64,000 nucleotides of DNA from Candidatus Latescibacterota bacterium (GCA_965206595.1 OZ242214.1:6336001-6400000); one strand, 5' to 3'. Positions 28,189 to 40,529 are shown, counted from the stretch's first letter. The notes: generated by a model from the letters alone, not told the origin. Translations and numbers: made by a program.

Positions 28189-29544
28189 ATGCGCCCGCTT
28201 CCCGGGTCCTTCCGGGCGCTGGCCCTCTGCCTGGCGCTGGCCGGCTGCGGCGGCGAGCCGCCCCCCTCTCCCGGGGAGGTCTCGACCTGGGAGATCATCC
28301 GCGACGACATCCTCGCGGCCAACTGCGCCGGCTGCCACGCCGCGGGCACTTCCTTCGCCCGCCAGTCCGGCCTCGTGCTGACGCAGGACGTCGCCTGGGA
28401 GCAGCTCTTCAACAGGGTCCCCAACAACGAGGCAGCCGCAGGCGACAACCTCCTGCTGGTCAGCGACCAGGGCCTCGCCGGTCTCTACCGGAGCTTTCTC
28501 TGGGAGAAGATCAACGCCCCCAACGAGGCCCACTTCTACGCCGACCACCCGTTCTACGGCGCCCTGATGCCGCCCGGCGGGAAGCCTCTGACCAACGGCG
28601 AGATCGAGTTCATCCGCCGCTGGATCGTCGCCGGGGCCCCGAGGGAGGGGGTGGTCGCCGATCCCGCCCTGCTCGAGGACGAGGAGCGCTGGGAGCCGCT
28701 GCCGTTCGCGCCGCTGCCGCCGCCGGTACAAGGCATCCAGCTCCACCTGGGGCCGTTCGACGTCCCCACGGACTACGAGCGCGAGTTCTTCTCCTACGAG
28801 CCGCTCGACAACGCCGAGGACATCTACATCAGCCGCATCGAGATCGCCGCCAGCGACGGCAGCCACCATTTCGCCCTTTACACCTTGCGGGAGAACATCC
28901 TCCCCGAGGCCTTCCCGGAGCCCTTCGTGTTTCGCGACGTCCGCGACCGCGGCGGCTACATCCCCCTGAACATGGTGACCATGCTCTACCACGTGCCGGT
29001 CGCCATCAGCCAGTGGCCCCGCGTCGATCTGCATTTCCCCCCGGGAGCGGCGCTGCGCCTGCCCGCGGGGGAGGGACTCGACCTCGACAGTCACTACACG
29101 GCAAGCAGCCTCGAGGGGGCCAAGGGGGAGATCTACATCAACCTGCACACCCTGGATCCCGCCGACGTCGAGAGGAAGGTCGGGATCTTCTCGCTCAGCA
29201 ACAGCGACATCCGGCTGCCCCCGAAGCAGGTCACGACCCTGACCGACGAACGGATCTTCGAGGAGCGCCGCCTCGTCTTCCAGATGTTCTCCCACGCCCA
29301 CGAGCACATGGTGGAGTTCCGCGCCGAGATGATCGGGGGGCGGCGCGACGGCGAGCTCGTCTACGTCTCCTACGACTGGGAGCACCCGCCGATCCTGCGG
29401 CTCGACACGCCGCTGGTGATCGAGGCGGGGCAGGGGCTGAGGCTCTCGGCGACCTACGACAACTGGACGGACCGCGAGCTGGGGTACGGCCTGCTGAGCG
29501 AAGACGAGATGATGATCTTCTACGGCTACTACCTGAAAGACTGA
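28189..29544 (+). CDS. Lipoprotein: c-type cytochrome domain fused to a copper type II (PHM/DBH-like) monooxygenase domain
   Basis: Lipobox LAGC; CAGCH; MPPGG axial Met; SHHF and SHY, SHAHEH, EDEMM copper-site motifs. Confidence 0.7.
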   Translation: MRPLPGSFRALALCLALAGCGGEPPPSPGEVSTWEIIRDDILAANCAGCHAAGTSFARQSGLVLTQDVAWEQLFNRVPNNEAAAGDNLLLVSDQGLAGLYRSFLWEKINAPNEAHFYADHPFYGALMPPGGKPLTNGEIEFIRRWIVAGAPREGVVADPALLEDEERWEPLPFAPLPPPVQGIQLHLGPFDVPTDYEREFFSYEPLDNAEDIYISRIEIAASDGSHHFALYTLRENILPEAFPEPFVFRDVRDRGGYIPLNMVTMLYHVPVAISQWPRVDLHFPPGAALRLPAGEGLDLDSHYTASSLEGAKGEIYINLHTLDPADVERKVGIFSLSNSDIRLPPKQVTTLTDERIFEERRLVFQMFSHAHEHMVEFRAEMIGGRRDGELVYVSYDWEHPPILRLDTPLVIEAGQGLRLSATYDNWTDRELGYGLLSEDEMMIFYGYYLKD

Positions 29545-29813
29545 TCCCGAGGCGTTGAGCCCCCACCTGGAGCCTTGCACCAGCAGCATGCCGTAGAGGC
29601 CGCCGCCGGCGGCGATCAGGGGACATCGCCATGCCAACGGCAAAGCCCTTGTACGTGAAAGGGGAAACCACTGCCCAGGCTCGTTTTTTGACCCTGCTTT
29701 CCGGGAGTGGCAGATTGGCCTCGAAATATTCCGAGGATCGGCAAATGGGAAAAACTGGCTTGCGTATCCGCGACCTGGCACAGCCTGTCAACGGGCGGCC
29801 ATGGTCTTTGGCG

Positions 29814-30843
29814 ATGAACCGCTCCGTCCCGGCAGCCTGCTTTTGGCTGGCGCTTGTGTGTCTTCCGGCCACCCCGGCATCGGCCGCCGCTACGGCGAGC
29901 TTCGAATCGCAGCTTCTCACTCTCGGGCACGCCCGGCTGACCGCTCCGGAAATGGGCCGGTCCGACGACTTCCTGAAGGAGCTGGGCGTCCTGACGGGCT
30001 TCGAAGTCGCGGAGGTGAGGAGCAACCTGCTGGCGCTGACCGACAGTCTCGAGGTGCGGCGCAAGGGGAAAACCGCGGACTGGGAAGCGCTGCTTGCCTT
30101 GCGGCCGGAAGGGGTGGAGAAAAGGGAGGCGGAGGATTTCCTCAAGCACCTTCTAAAGGAGTCGCGCAAGCTCGTGAAGGAGGAGGAGGAGAGCAGATCG
30201 CTGGGTGCCGCCATTAAAAAGGCGGGCCGCAGGGCGCAGCTCTCCTACGACGGGCAGGCGCTGCTGCTGGACCTCATCGGCGAACCGTCGCGCCGTTCCG
30301 CCCCGGGTCAGGCCGCCGACCGCAAGGTGGGGATTCTGGTCGACGCCAGGCCGGTTCCTCCTGCGGAAGGACAGCCCCCGCGAGGGCCGGCTGGAGGCCA
30401 TGCGGGCGCGCCTTCTCGAACCGGACAACAACTATTACATGTTCTTCGGAGTCGGCACGCCGCAGGAGGTCCTCGACAAGTCGGATGAGCTGTTCGCCGC
30501 GGTGAAGGGCGCCCTGATGGAAGCGCTTCCCAGGTCGGGGAAGGTGAAGTGGGCGGTCGCCACTGCCGGCAACCGCCTGCAGCCCGACTACCGCCTCGAG
30601 GTCCCTTACAGGTACGACCTTTCCAATCCGGAACAGACGCGGGTCCAAGAGTGGATGATCAACTTTGACATTACCGCGCTGGGGTTGATCGATGTCGAGA
30701 CCGACAGCAGGGTGTTCCACGAGGGAGGGTACGGGGTCCAGCTGCCCATCCGGCCCGGTGAGGAGGGGAATATCGAGCGGGCCGCGGCCGGCTTGGCCGA
30801 GCGCCTGGCCAAGGCCGTGGACGGCTATCTGGAAAACCGTTGA
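29814..30843 (+). CDS. Secreted hypothetical protein, frameshifted near 30350
   Basis: Signal peptide; two overlapping ORFs (29631 and 30205 frames) join as ...ILVDAR/RFLLRKD... after removing one base. Confidence 0.6.
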
Positions 30844-31090
30844 AGGCCCTCCGGCCCCATGCACGGGGGTGCGGCAGATGCGCAGGTGAGGAGCAGCAGC
30901 TCGGCAGGCGTTCCTTGTTTCGCAGGGCGGTTTTTAGGAGCCCCTTCGTTTTTCGCGCTATCTTTAGCAACAGCAAGGTGGTCGTCCCGTCCCCGGTCTG
31001 CAGGCTGTTTCCCGGTTGCCGTGCAGGGGTGACGGGATCCACGGGTCACCGTCAAGTGAACGACCGGGAACTATTCGGGGAGAAGATCGG

Positions 31091-33088
31091 ATGAAGTCCT
31101 CGTCGAGAGCTTCGCGAACGAACCGGAGCCGGTTGCGGCTGCCAGGAACGGCCATGCCCGTCGCTCTGGGGGCCCTGCTCGCCGCGGCCCTCTGCGGCGA
31201 CCTGTCGGCGCTGACCATCTACCGCTTCGGCGGCGAGGAACTGCCGGCCCCGGAGGAAGCCGGGCTCGACGGCGTCGAGTTCATCCAGCGAAGCTGGCTC
31301 GATCCGGTGGACGCCGCCGCCGGGGGCGAGGTCTTCCAGGTCGATCTCAGCGACGGCACGATCCGGGCCCAGTACTACGGCGTCGACGACAACATCGCGC
31401 TGACCGCCGCGGCCAGGGGGGAGGGGGTTCGCGAGTCGACGCGGAAGGAAGAGCAGGAAGCCGCGGTCGACGGGAACCTGGCAACGGGGTGGTACCCCGA
31501 GCAGTACCTGTGCGCCAGTTTCGATGCCCGCCAGGTCGCCAGCGGCCGCTGCACCGGCGACTACAAGGGGATCGACCGCTGGACCTTCGGGCTGGGGGGA
31601 TTCTTCTACGTCGAAAGGATCAGGATCATCTCCGGTCTCGGGGAGGAAGCGGCGATCATGACCAACTTCCGGGTCCTGGCCGCCTCGGGCCGGGTCGCCA
31701 GCTCGTCCTACGGCATCGCCTCGACGCGGCAGGTCTTCAACGAGATTGCGGAGATCCGCGGCAACCGCAGCGAGTTCCTCGACATCGAGTTTCCGCCCCA
31801 CGACCGGGTCGATTTCATCGGCATCCAGGCTGCCGAGCACAACAGGGAGTGGGCGGTCTACGAGATCGAGGTGTACGCCCGCGGCTACGTCGAGGAGTCC
31901 TCCTTCGTCTCCGAGGTGATCGAGTTCGAGCGGCCGATGGCCTGGGGCGACCTGAAGTGGTCGGGCAGCGAGGACCCCGGCGCGGAGGTGCGCATTCACA
32001 CCCGCAGCGGCAACACCGCGGACCAGAACCTCTACTGGCAGTATTCCGGGCGCGGCGAGAAGATCCCGGTGCAGGACGCCATGACGTACAAGCGCCTGAA
32101 GCTCGGGGAGCGGGCCGGCACCACCTACGACCGGGACAACTGGACCTTCTGGTCGGCGCCCTACGATTTCGCCGACAGCTCCGGGACTCCGGTGGTCAGC
32201 CTCGGGCCGCGGCAGTTCTTCCAGTTCAAGGTCGACGTGATTCCCTTCAACGAGGCGGGGGGTGAGCTCGGTTTCCTCGAGTTCCGCATGTCGGAGCCGC
32301 TCGCCTCCGGCCTGATCGGCGAGGTCTCCCCAAACCGGGTGAACGTCGCCGAGTCCTCGGCCTTCACCTATTACCTGCAGCCGTTCCTGGGATCCGACGC
32401 CTCCGGATTCGACGGCCTGGAGATGTCGACGTCGTCGATAATCAACGGCGTGCGCGCCCTGCGCATAGGGGAGAACGACCGGCCCTTCGAGGTCAGGCCC
32501 CTCGACGAGAACGGCGTCGAGCTGTCCGGTTTTCCGGCCAACCGGTTCGAGCTGACCTTCACCGACACCCGGCTGGTGGCGGCCGACAGCGGCACCCCGG
32601 TCGAGATCGACTTCGACGCCCGCGTGTTGAGGTCGGGGGCGGCCTTCGAGGCGCGGGTCTTCGACTCGACGCAACCTCTGGCTGTGCGCCAGAAGATCGC
32701 CGCCGGGGACGCGAACAATCTAGTCGAGGGGAACACCCTTTCGGTCTCGACCACGGCGAAGGCCGAGCTGCTGCTGCTGACACAGGTCTCGCCGGCCGTC
32801 ATCACCCCGAACGGCGACCGCGTCAACGACCTGGCGCGGATATCCTACGACCTGCTCGAGATCATCGGCGCCGCCGAGGTCAGCGTCGAGATAAGCGATC
32901 TGTCCGGGCGGGTGGTGAGGCAGGTATACGAAGGCCAGGACCTGGTCGGCAACTACGCGCGCGAGTGGGACGGCAGGAACGATGCCGGCGAGGCGGTCCC
33001 TCCGGGGATCTACCTGTACCGGATCAAGGTCGACAACGACCAGGACCGGGAAGCCGTCAGCCTCGGGTTGGTGAACGTGGTCTACTGA
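31091..33088 (+). CDS. Secreted protein with discoidin-like region and FlgD-Ig/TPNGD C-terminal domain (paralog 1)
   Basis: Signal peptide, TIYRFGG, AVDGNLATGW, EIEVYARG, ITPNGDRVND, WDGRN...PPGIYLYR. Confidence 0.8.
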   Translation: MKSSSRASRTNRSRLRLPGTAMPVALGALLAAALCGDLSALTIYRFGGEELPAPEEAGLDGVEFIQRSWLDPVDAAAGGEVFQVDLSDGTIRAQYYGVDDNIALTAAARGEGVRESTRKEEQEAAVDGNLATGWYPEQYLCASFDARQVASGRCTGDYKGIDRWTFGLGGFFYVERIRIISGLGEEAAIMTNFRVLAASGRVASSSYGIASTRQVFNEIAEIRGNRSEFLDIEFPPHDRVDFIGIQAAEHNREWAVYEIEVYARGYVEESSFVSEVIEFERPMAWGDLKWSGSEDPGAEVRIHTRSGNTADQNLYWQYSGRGEKIPVQDAMTYKRLKLGERAGTTYDRDNWTFWSAPYDFADSSGTPVVSLGPRQFFQFKVDVIPFNEAGGELGFLEFRMSEPLASGLIGEVSPNRVNVAESSAFTYYLQPFLGSDASGFDGLEMSTSSIINGVRALRIGENDRPFEVRPLDENGVELSGFPANRFELTFTDTRLVAADSGTPVEIDFDARVLRSGAAFEARVFDSTQPLAVRQKIAAGDANNLVEGNTLSVSTTAKAELLLLTQVSPAVITPNGDRVNDLARISYDLLEIIGAAEVSVEISDLSGRVVRQVYEGQDLVGNYAREWDGRNDAGEAVPPGIYLYRIKVDNDQDREAVSLGLVNVVY

Positions 33089-33233
33089 ACGATCCCCCAC
33101 CGGGCTCACCGGTCCGCGGGGGCGTTCGCGACCCGGTCCGTGCGATCACATCTTGCGACGGCCGTTGCGCGTGCCGGAGCTCCAGCCTGACGCAGGTTGG
33201 CCAACCCGGCGGCCTTTCCAGGGGGGACCGGCG

Positions 33234-35796
33234 ATGGATCGATCAGCGACAAAGGCAAGCCCGACGGCTCACGCCGCGGCACCCTGGCTGACGGCGCTGG
33301 CCGGCCTCTTCATGGCGGCGATTCCCCTTTCCTCTGAACAGGGCTACACCTTCCACGACAACCAGATCGTCGCCGAGACGCAGGAGCACTGGGAAGCCTG
33401 GGACGTCAATGCCGGCATCTCCTGGATAACCCCCGAGGGATCGGTCTCCCCCCGTTTCGTGCGCAAGCGGGTCAACGCCGCCCTGGAGGCTCCGCGGTAC
33501 GAGGTCAAAGTCCGGGGCGGGGTGTTGGCGGGTTCCAACGAGCACCTCGCCCACCACCTGATCGACGGCGATCCCGGCACCTACTGGGAGCCGGATCTCG
33601 ACCGGCCCCCTGAGGACTGGTGGATCCAGCTCCGCCTCGGCCGCCTCGTCGTGGTCGAGAAGATCGTCCTGCGCTTCGTCGAGGAGGACGCCGGGGAACC
33701 TTTCCTGCAGTTCGACGCCCTCGGATGGCGGTTTCCCCCTCCCTGGGGCAGCGTCCAGTACACCCTGCTGGGGACGGATGTCGCCAGGTTCTGGTCCCTG
33801 TACAAGACCGACAGACCGAACCGGACCCAGCGCGTATTCGAGATCCAGCCATTGGCAACAACCTCCAGCAGCGAGGAGTTCCTGGGTGAACCGCTGGACG
33901 TCCTCCACATCCTGGTCGCCGACAGCGCCGCCGACCGCCTGCGCGAGGTTGCGCCCGGCACGTACGAAGCCCTGCCGGAGGACACCAGGGGCGCCGTGGA
34001 ATACTACCGCAAGGGGGGCGTCCGTCAGACCCTGACGACGCGGGAGAGCTACGAGGCTTTGGCTCCGGAGCGGCAGGGGCGGATACGGTACTACCAGCGC
34101 GAGCGTCCGCGCTTGGCGGAAATGGAGGTCTGGACGTGGGGCGACAACCTCAACTACAACCGCGGGAAGCAAGGCGGCAAGACGTTCCTGTGGCTCGACG
34201 TACAGCAGGAGGAGTCTAGAGGCAAGATCTACTCGCTCGCAAACGTGGTGACGGACGCCAACTACGCCACCGGGCCGAGCTTATGGTCGAGAGGAACCAC
34301 CTATTTCCTCGAAGATCTCGGCACCCAGTTCTGGGTGGACAGGGTGCAGTACCTGACCCAGAGAATCCTGGGTCAGCGGGCTGGAAATTTCCGACGGGAC
34401 CCTCGCCCCCGATGGCTCCGTCGAGTGGACGGAGGTGGTCGAAGGGAAACCGTACCGTCCCGGGGGACAGGATTTATACCAACAATCGAGCGCCTTCCAA
34501 ATCGAGCCGACCCGGGTCCGCTATCTGCGCTCGCGCATCAGGTCTCGGGGCGCCATCCTCGAGGTGATGATCTACGGGGAGGGGTACGTCGCCGAGGTGG
34601 CGCTGACCTCCGAACCGATCGAGATGCGCCGGCACAAGAGCTTCGTTTCCATCGAGTGGGAGGCGGACACGCCTGTGGGCACCTGGGTCGAGATCGCCAC
34701 CCGGACCGGCGACCGGCTGCGCGAGCAGCTGACCTACCACGACAGCGACGGCCTCGAGGTCACTCCGGAACGGTACAAGAAGAGACTGCCCCGGCCGAAA
34801 CAGGGGGAGATCGTCTCCCGCATGGTGCCGGACAGCGACTGGAGCCCGTGGACCCGTCCCTACCTGGAATCCGGGGAAGAGGTCAAGTCGCCGCTGCGGA
34901 AGTACCTGCAGATCCGCGCCCGGGTCATGGCGGACACGGTCAGCAAGTACGGTTCTCCGGCTTCCCTGCACGCCATTCGCGTGAACCTGACGGATCAGTA
35001 CGCCGAAGAGCTGATCGGCGAGGTGTGGCCCCGCTTCGTCGAGAAGATCGGCGAACCGGAGGAGCGCTCTTTCTTCATTCGGCCGAGGTTCGCCCGAAGC
35101 GACCAGAGCTTCGACCAGTTCCGCATCACGGCGACGGCTCCGACGACGATGGAGCTGCTCGAGGTGCGCTCCGGCACGCTGGAGGATTTCGCCAGCGGGG
35201 AGACGAAGCGCTGGCTGCCGGAGGAGCTGGAGATCACCGCGGCCGCCTCCGACACCTTGTTGTTCCGGCTGCCGTCCCCGATCCGGCAGGGGGTGGAGCT
35301 GGTCGAGGTGCGCATCAGGCCGACCATATACGGTCACTCGGCCGCTTTCGAGGCGGGGGTGAAGGCGTCGGGGGCCGCGGGAACCTGGCAGAGGGTGGAG
35401 ATCGGCAACGCCGCGGACCATGCGCCGAGCGAGTCCAACGTCGTCGTCGCTCTGGGAGACAACGCCGCGCTGACTGCCCTGCGGGTCGAGCCTTCGGTAG
35501 TGACGCCGAACGGGGACGGCGTCAACGACGCCGCGGTGTTCCGCTTCAGCGTCAACCGGCTGCACTCGGAAACGGCGGTTGAGCTTTCGATCTACGACCT
35601 GGGTGGCAGGTTGGTGTACCGTCGCCTGGCCGAGCGCGCCGACCCGCGTGGCCGCTACGCCATCGAGTGGCGGGGAGAGGGGATGAAGGGGGTGCTCATT
35701 CCCCCCGGGACCTACCTCGCCCGGGTCGAGCTGCCGGCCTACTCGGAGCGGGCGCAGCAGACCGCCCTGACCCGGATCCTGCGCGTGGCCTACTGA
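33234..35796 (+). CDS. Secreted protein with discoidin-like domains and FlgD-Ig/TPNGD C-terminal domain (paralog 2), frameshift at about 34360-34380
   Basis: LIDGDPGTYWEP, LGRLVVVEKIVLRF; continues in +1 frame as LEISDGTLAPDG...EVMIYGEGY...VTPNGDGVND...PPGTYLAR. Confidence 0.75.
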
Positions 35797-37666
35797 TGGC
35801 GAATCCGCGGTACCGGTGGGTGCTCGTCCTGTACTTCGGCCTCCTGCCGGAAAGTTCGCCCGCGGTAACGATCTACCGCTTCGGCGGCGGCGACCTGCCC
35901 CCGCCTGCGGAAAGCGCCCGGGCAGACGTGGAATTCCTGCAGATGGACTGGGGGGAGATCGGCGCCGAGAGCGGCGGGGAACAGGCAGGCATCCGCATGG
36001 AGAAGGGGACCATCGAGCCTCGGAAGCTCGACCCGGGAAGGAACGTCGCCGCCCTGCTCTGGAAGGGAGACCCGTCGCTCGAGCTGCTGTTCGACAACCA
36101 CCCCGGCACCGCCTGGATCGCCGACGCGTACAAGTGCGGCGATACGTTCGCGAGCCGCTGCGAAGGCCGCTACGGCCCGCGCGGGATCCTCAACATCGAC
36201 TTCGCCGACAGGGTCCTGATAAACCGGATTCGACTGTTCTCGGGCAGCAGGGACAATCCCCTGGAAATCGTGAGGAACTTCGGGCTCTCCCTCTCGCCGA
36301 CCCGTCTCGGAAGCAACAGGACCCTGCTTTTTCCCTTCCTGGTGGAGGTGGTGGAAAACGAGGACAGGAGGCTGGAGCTGGAGTTCCCGGCCGACCTGCC
36401 CGCGGCGTCGGCGCTGCAGATCGTCATGAGCGACCACGCCCAGCCCTGGAAGATCGGCGAGATCCAGATATACGCGCGGGGGGTGGCGGGAAAGGCGACG
36501 TACACCGCCGACATCCTCGACTTCGGGCAGCCGGCGGTGTGGGGGGAGATGTGCTGGTCCCTGAAGCAGGAACCGGAGTCCCTCCTCCATGTCCGCACCC
36601 GCAACGGCGGCAGCTCGCAGCTGTTCCGCTACTGGAAATACACCGGCATGGGGGATCACAAGGTCGAGGTGTCGCAGGAGGAGTACGAGCAGCTGCGCAA
36701 GAGTCAGCGGGCCGAGCCGACCTACAACTACGACAGCTGGAACCCGTGGACGTCCCGTTTCCACCTGGTGAACGAGGGGGGCCAGCCGCCGGTCTTCCCG
36801 GTCCCCCGCCGCAGCTTCCAGTTCAGTCTCGAGTTCGTCTCCTCCGGCGAAACCGGCACCCGGCTCGAGTTCCTCGAGTTTCGCGCTTCCGTGGCCGCGG
36901 TGACCCGTATCGTGGGAGAGCTCGACCCGATCAAGGTGAAGGCCGGGGCCATGACCCGCTTCACCTACGCCCTCAAGCCGCGCATCCACGAGCGCGACCC
37001 CGGGTTCGACCTTTTGGAAATCAGGGCGGTGGCGGCGCGTATCGACGGCGTGCACGCGGTGCTGATCGACGGCGCCGAGGCGCCCTTCCGGGTCCTGGAG
37101 CTCGAGGAGCGGCGCGCCGTTCTCGGCATACCCCGGCTAGCCGGGCTCGCCTACTCCGACGCCATCGTCGAGGTGGTGTTCGACGCCCAGGTGCTGCGCT
37201 TCGGCGGCGCCTTCAGGGGTCAGATCGCCGACAGCGGGCGGCCGTACGACGTGCCGCAGCCGGTGCTGGCCGGGGACGCCATCGACGAGGCCTTCGGGGA
37301 CCGGGTATGGATCGAGACCTCGATCACCGTCGAGTCCGCCCTGGCGGCGCGCGCCGAGCCCGCGGCGTTCACCCCGAACGGAGACGGCTTCAACGACGAG
37401 GTCGAGATCGCCTACGACCTCGTCGAAATCACCCGGCCCGTCGTTGTCGAGGTGGAGATACGGGACCTCGCAGGCCGGCGGGTGCGGCTGCTGCATTCCG
37501 GCCAGGAGGGGATCGGCAGCTACCGGCGCTGGTGGGACGGCCGGCTCGACGACGGCACGCCGGCGGCACGCCGGCGCCCCCCGGCATCTACCTGTACCGC
37601 GTGACGACGACGGATGTCGCCGGCGATCGCTTTGCCGAGATCGGCCCCCTGCAGGTCGTCTACTGA
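35796..37666 (+). CDS. Secreted protein with FlgD-Ig/TPNGD C-terminal domain (paralog 3), frameshifted by an 11-bp duplication
   Basis: TGATG coupling; TIYRFGG, EIQIYARG, FTPNGDGFND, WDGR; tail PPGIYLYR...QVVY is in another frame. Confidence 0.8.
37554..37575 (+). repeat. Perfect 11-bp tandem duplication GGCACGCCGGC
   Basis: Copies at 37554-37564 and 37565-37575; deleting one restores DDGTPAPPGIYLYR. Confidence 0.9.
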
Positions 37667-40434
37667 GCGCCGGCACCCCCGGCGCCTCTTCTCCGCGGGG
37701 TTGCTCCTGGCGGTCTGCGCCGGGAGCGCCGCAGCGCAGCCGGACTACGGCAACCGGCTGGGGCAGCGCAGCGCCGGGGAGGTGGAGTTCCGTCCCTTCG
37801 GGGCGACGGTCGCCTCCGAGCACCTCGACCCCTCGGTGCGGAAGTGGTACCTGCCGCAGGAACTGCTGCACGAGTACAAGTGGCGGCCCTGGGAGACGCT
37901 CAACTACGCCAGGGACCGCTACCGGCGATACCGCTCGATCCTCTCGGAAGGAACCTACCTGTACGACCGCTTCGGCAAGTACCTGACCAGGGGCTGGGTG
38001 ATCTACGACTGGACGGAGGAGCGGCCGAGAGAAGCCGAGGGAAGCCGCATCCTGCCGCCTCAGTGGCCGCTCTCCGGCCTCAACATCGTGTCCGACCGCA
38101 AGGGCCGGCACCAGATGCGCGTCACCATCGGCACCAACATCCCGGTGAACCTGACGCCGATGACGTTTCGCAAGTCCGCCTTCGACGGCACGTTGGTCGA
38201 CTATCAGTCGGACCGGTTTTCAGCCACCGGGCTGGTGTCGCGCGTCACCCACCCGGGATTCGGATCGGTTCCCGCGTACGAGCAGATCTCCTTCGCCAAC
38301 ATCACCAGCCTGTTCGGCGGAAGGGCCGAGGCCGCCCTCGGCGACCGCTTCACCCTGGGTGCGACCTTCGTCAACGCCCACCACGGCAGGACGGTGCTGT
38401 CGAGCTTCCAGGGAAGCCCGTTCACGGGGGCGCTCACCGCAAGCCAGCACCAGGCGCAGATCACGGAGATCGTCCTCCGCATCAGCGACGATTCCCCGGC
38501 GGATCCCGGCGGGGCCATTCTCGTGTACGACGACGTCGAGATCACCACGCGGCTCGGGCACGTCGACACCGTGCTCGTCGGCAGCCGCATCGGCTTCAGG
38601 CCCGAAAAGGAAGGGGGGTTCACAAGGGAGGGAGTGAGGGTGGCGGAAGGGGGGGACGCGATACTGCTGCGCTACGTCCTGGCCGACGACCCGGAAACCC
38701 CGGGACTCGAGGGACTGCAGGGGATGATCGGCGACGCCGAGATCGCCGCCAACATACGCAACGTCCGCTTCAGGCTGTTCCTGGTCGACGACTACAAGGT
38801 CGAGGTGACCTCGAGCAACCAGACCAACGCCGAGGGGAAAGCGGTCTTTCTCACGGTGACGCGGGCGCGCCGCAATTCCCGGGACGGCTCCAACAAGAAG
38901 CAGGTGGTGTTCGACTACGGCCTGCCGACGGCCAACCAGATCGCCGGCGTCACCGCGGAGGCGCGCGACCTGCTGGGGTTCGATCTCTACGGCGAGCTCG
39001 ACGTCAACCACCGCTACAGACAGTTCCCCTACCGCCGCAGCGAGACCCACCGGGCGCGCTCCGGGATCCTCGGGGACGAGACCGCCCTGGCCTGGATGGC
39101 CAATCTCGCCAGGGACTCGTTCCCCTGGTTCTGCCTCGTCGAGGCCTTCTACATGGACGAGGATTACAGCACGAGCTCCTTCGTCGCCGACGGGGCCGGC
39201 AACGTCGACTACGAGGACCAGACCCGGAGCCTGTACGATTTCGTCGACGACAACGACGACAACGACCGCCTGCCGGATCAGCGGCGCCTCCACCAGGACG
39301 CGCGGATCGGCGTCGAAAGGCTGAACGAGACCCTGACCGCCCAGGGGTTCGCCGACAACGCGGTATTTCCCGGATGGGACACCAACAACGACTTCATCTC
39401 CGATTTCAACCAGAACGGCAACAGGCTGCAGGAAAACCTGCTTCCCGACTACGCGGAGCCGTTTCTGCGCTACTCGGTGGACCGCCCGGAATTCCTTTTC
39501 GGGATCGACCTCAACAACAACGGATGGATCGACCGCTTCGAGAACGACAACGAGCCCGACTATCCCTACAAGAGCGACCGCAAGGGGTACAACGCGTACC
39601 TGCGCAGGCATTTCACCCCGGAGCTCAACCTGACCGTCGGGCGCACGCGCCAGTCCCTGATTTCGGACGACCGGGAGAGCGCGACGAGCTACGCCATCCT
39701 GGCGCTCGAACGGGATTTCTCCGGCATCGGGCTTGTCCGGGTATTCGACATGCTCAAGAGAGCGGAGGACGATATCCCGGACGATCTCGTCCAGTGGGTG
39801 CAGCCGCCGCAGACCCGCGGCTTCCTCGAGCCGTTCGCCGATCCGCTGGCCGCCCGGGGACACCTGGATCAACACCGCCTTCCTCGGATTCGAGAGGCGC
39901 GCCGACCTCGGGGTCAACCTCGCCGCCAAGCTCAAGTACGAGAGCGTGAGACAGGCCTCGGACGGGAGCGGCCACAAGCGGTATACGCGGCTGCTCGGGC
40001 TCGTGAACAAGGCCTCCTGGATCGCGAGCATCGGCAACCTGACGGTGGAGCCGAGACTGAAAAGCGCCCTGCTGAGAGACGACACCCCGTACTCCATCGG
40101 CAAATCCGAGCGCGACCAGTGGACGGGGACCGCCGACATCCTGTTGCGGTACCCGTTCCTGCGCAGGAGCCAGGTGGAGTTGGGGGTCGAGCAGACCTGG
40201 TTCGGCGACAGTCTCGTGAAGGAGGAGGGGCTTTCCCGGGGAGAGCCGACCGGCGACTACCGCAACCTCGTGGTCGCCGTGCAGGTAACCAACCGCAGCG
40301 ACTACCTGGGGTACCGGGTCAACACGCAGTTCGGCTACATGATGAACTGGAGAAGCGCGGAAAAGTACCGGAGGGAGCCGCTGTCCGAGACCGGCGGGTT
40401 GAGCTTTCTCACGATCTACGCGGCGCTCCGGTGA
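37614..40434 (+). CDS. Large exported, probably outer-membrane protein with D/N-rich Ca-binding-like loops; frameshift at G4 run 39856-39859
   Basis: Signal peptide ending AAA-QPDY; DDNDDNDR, DTNNDFISDFN, DLNNNGWID; amphipathic beta strands to C-terminal FLTIYAALR; start uncertain. Confidence 0.7.
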
Positions 40435-40529
40435 GGGCACATACGCCCGCCCGACAGGGAACAACTGCCCTTCATTGTCAGGGCTCTGACAAGAATGAAG
40501 GGGCGATCGGAGTCGGCGCGGTAATACCC

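Noticed and set aside
39856-39859. Frameshift in the outer-membrane gene as programmed or phase variation
   Set aside because: One extra G in a G4 run is most simply a sequencing indel; the single-base shifts near 30350 and 34370 are treated likewise
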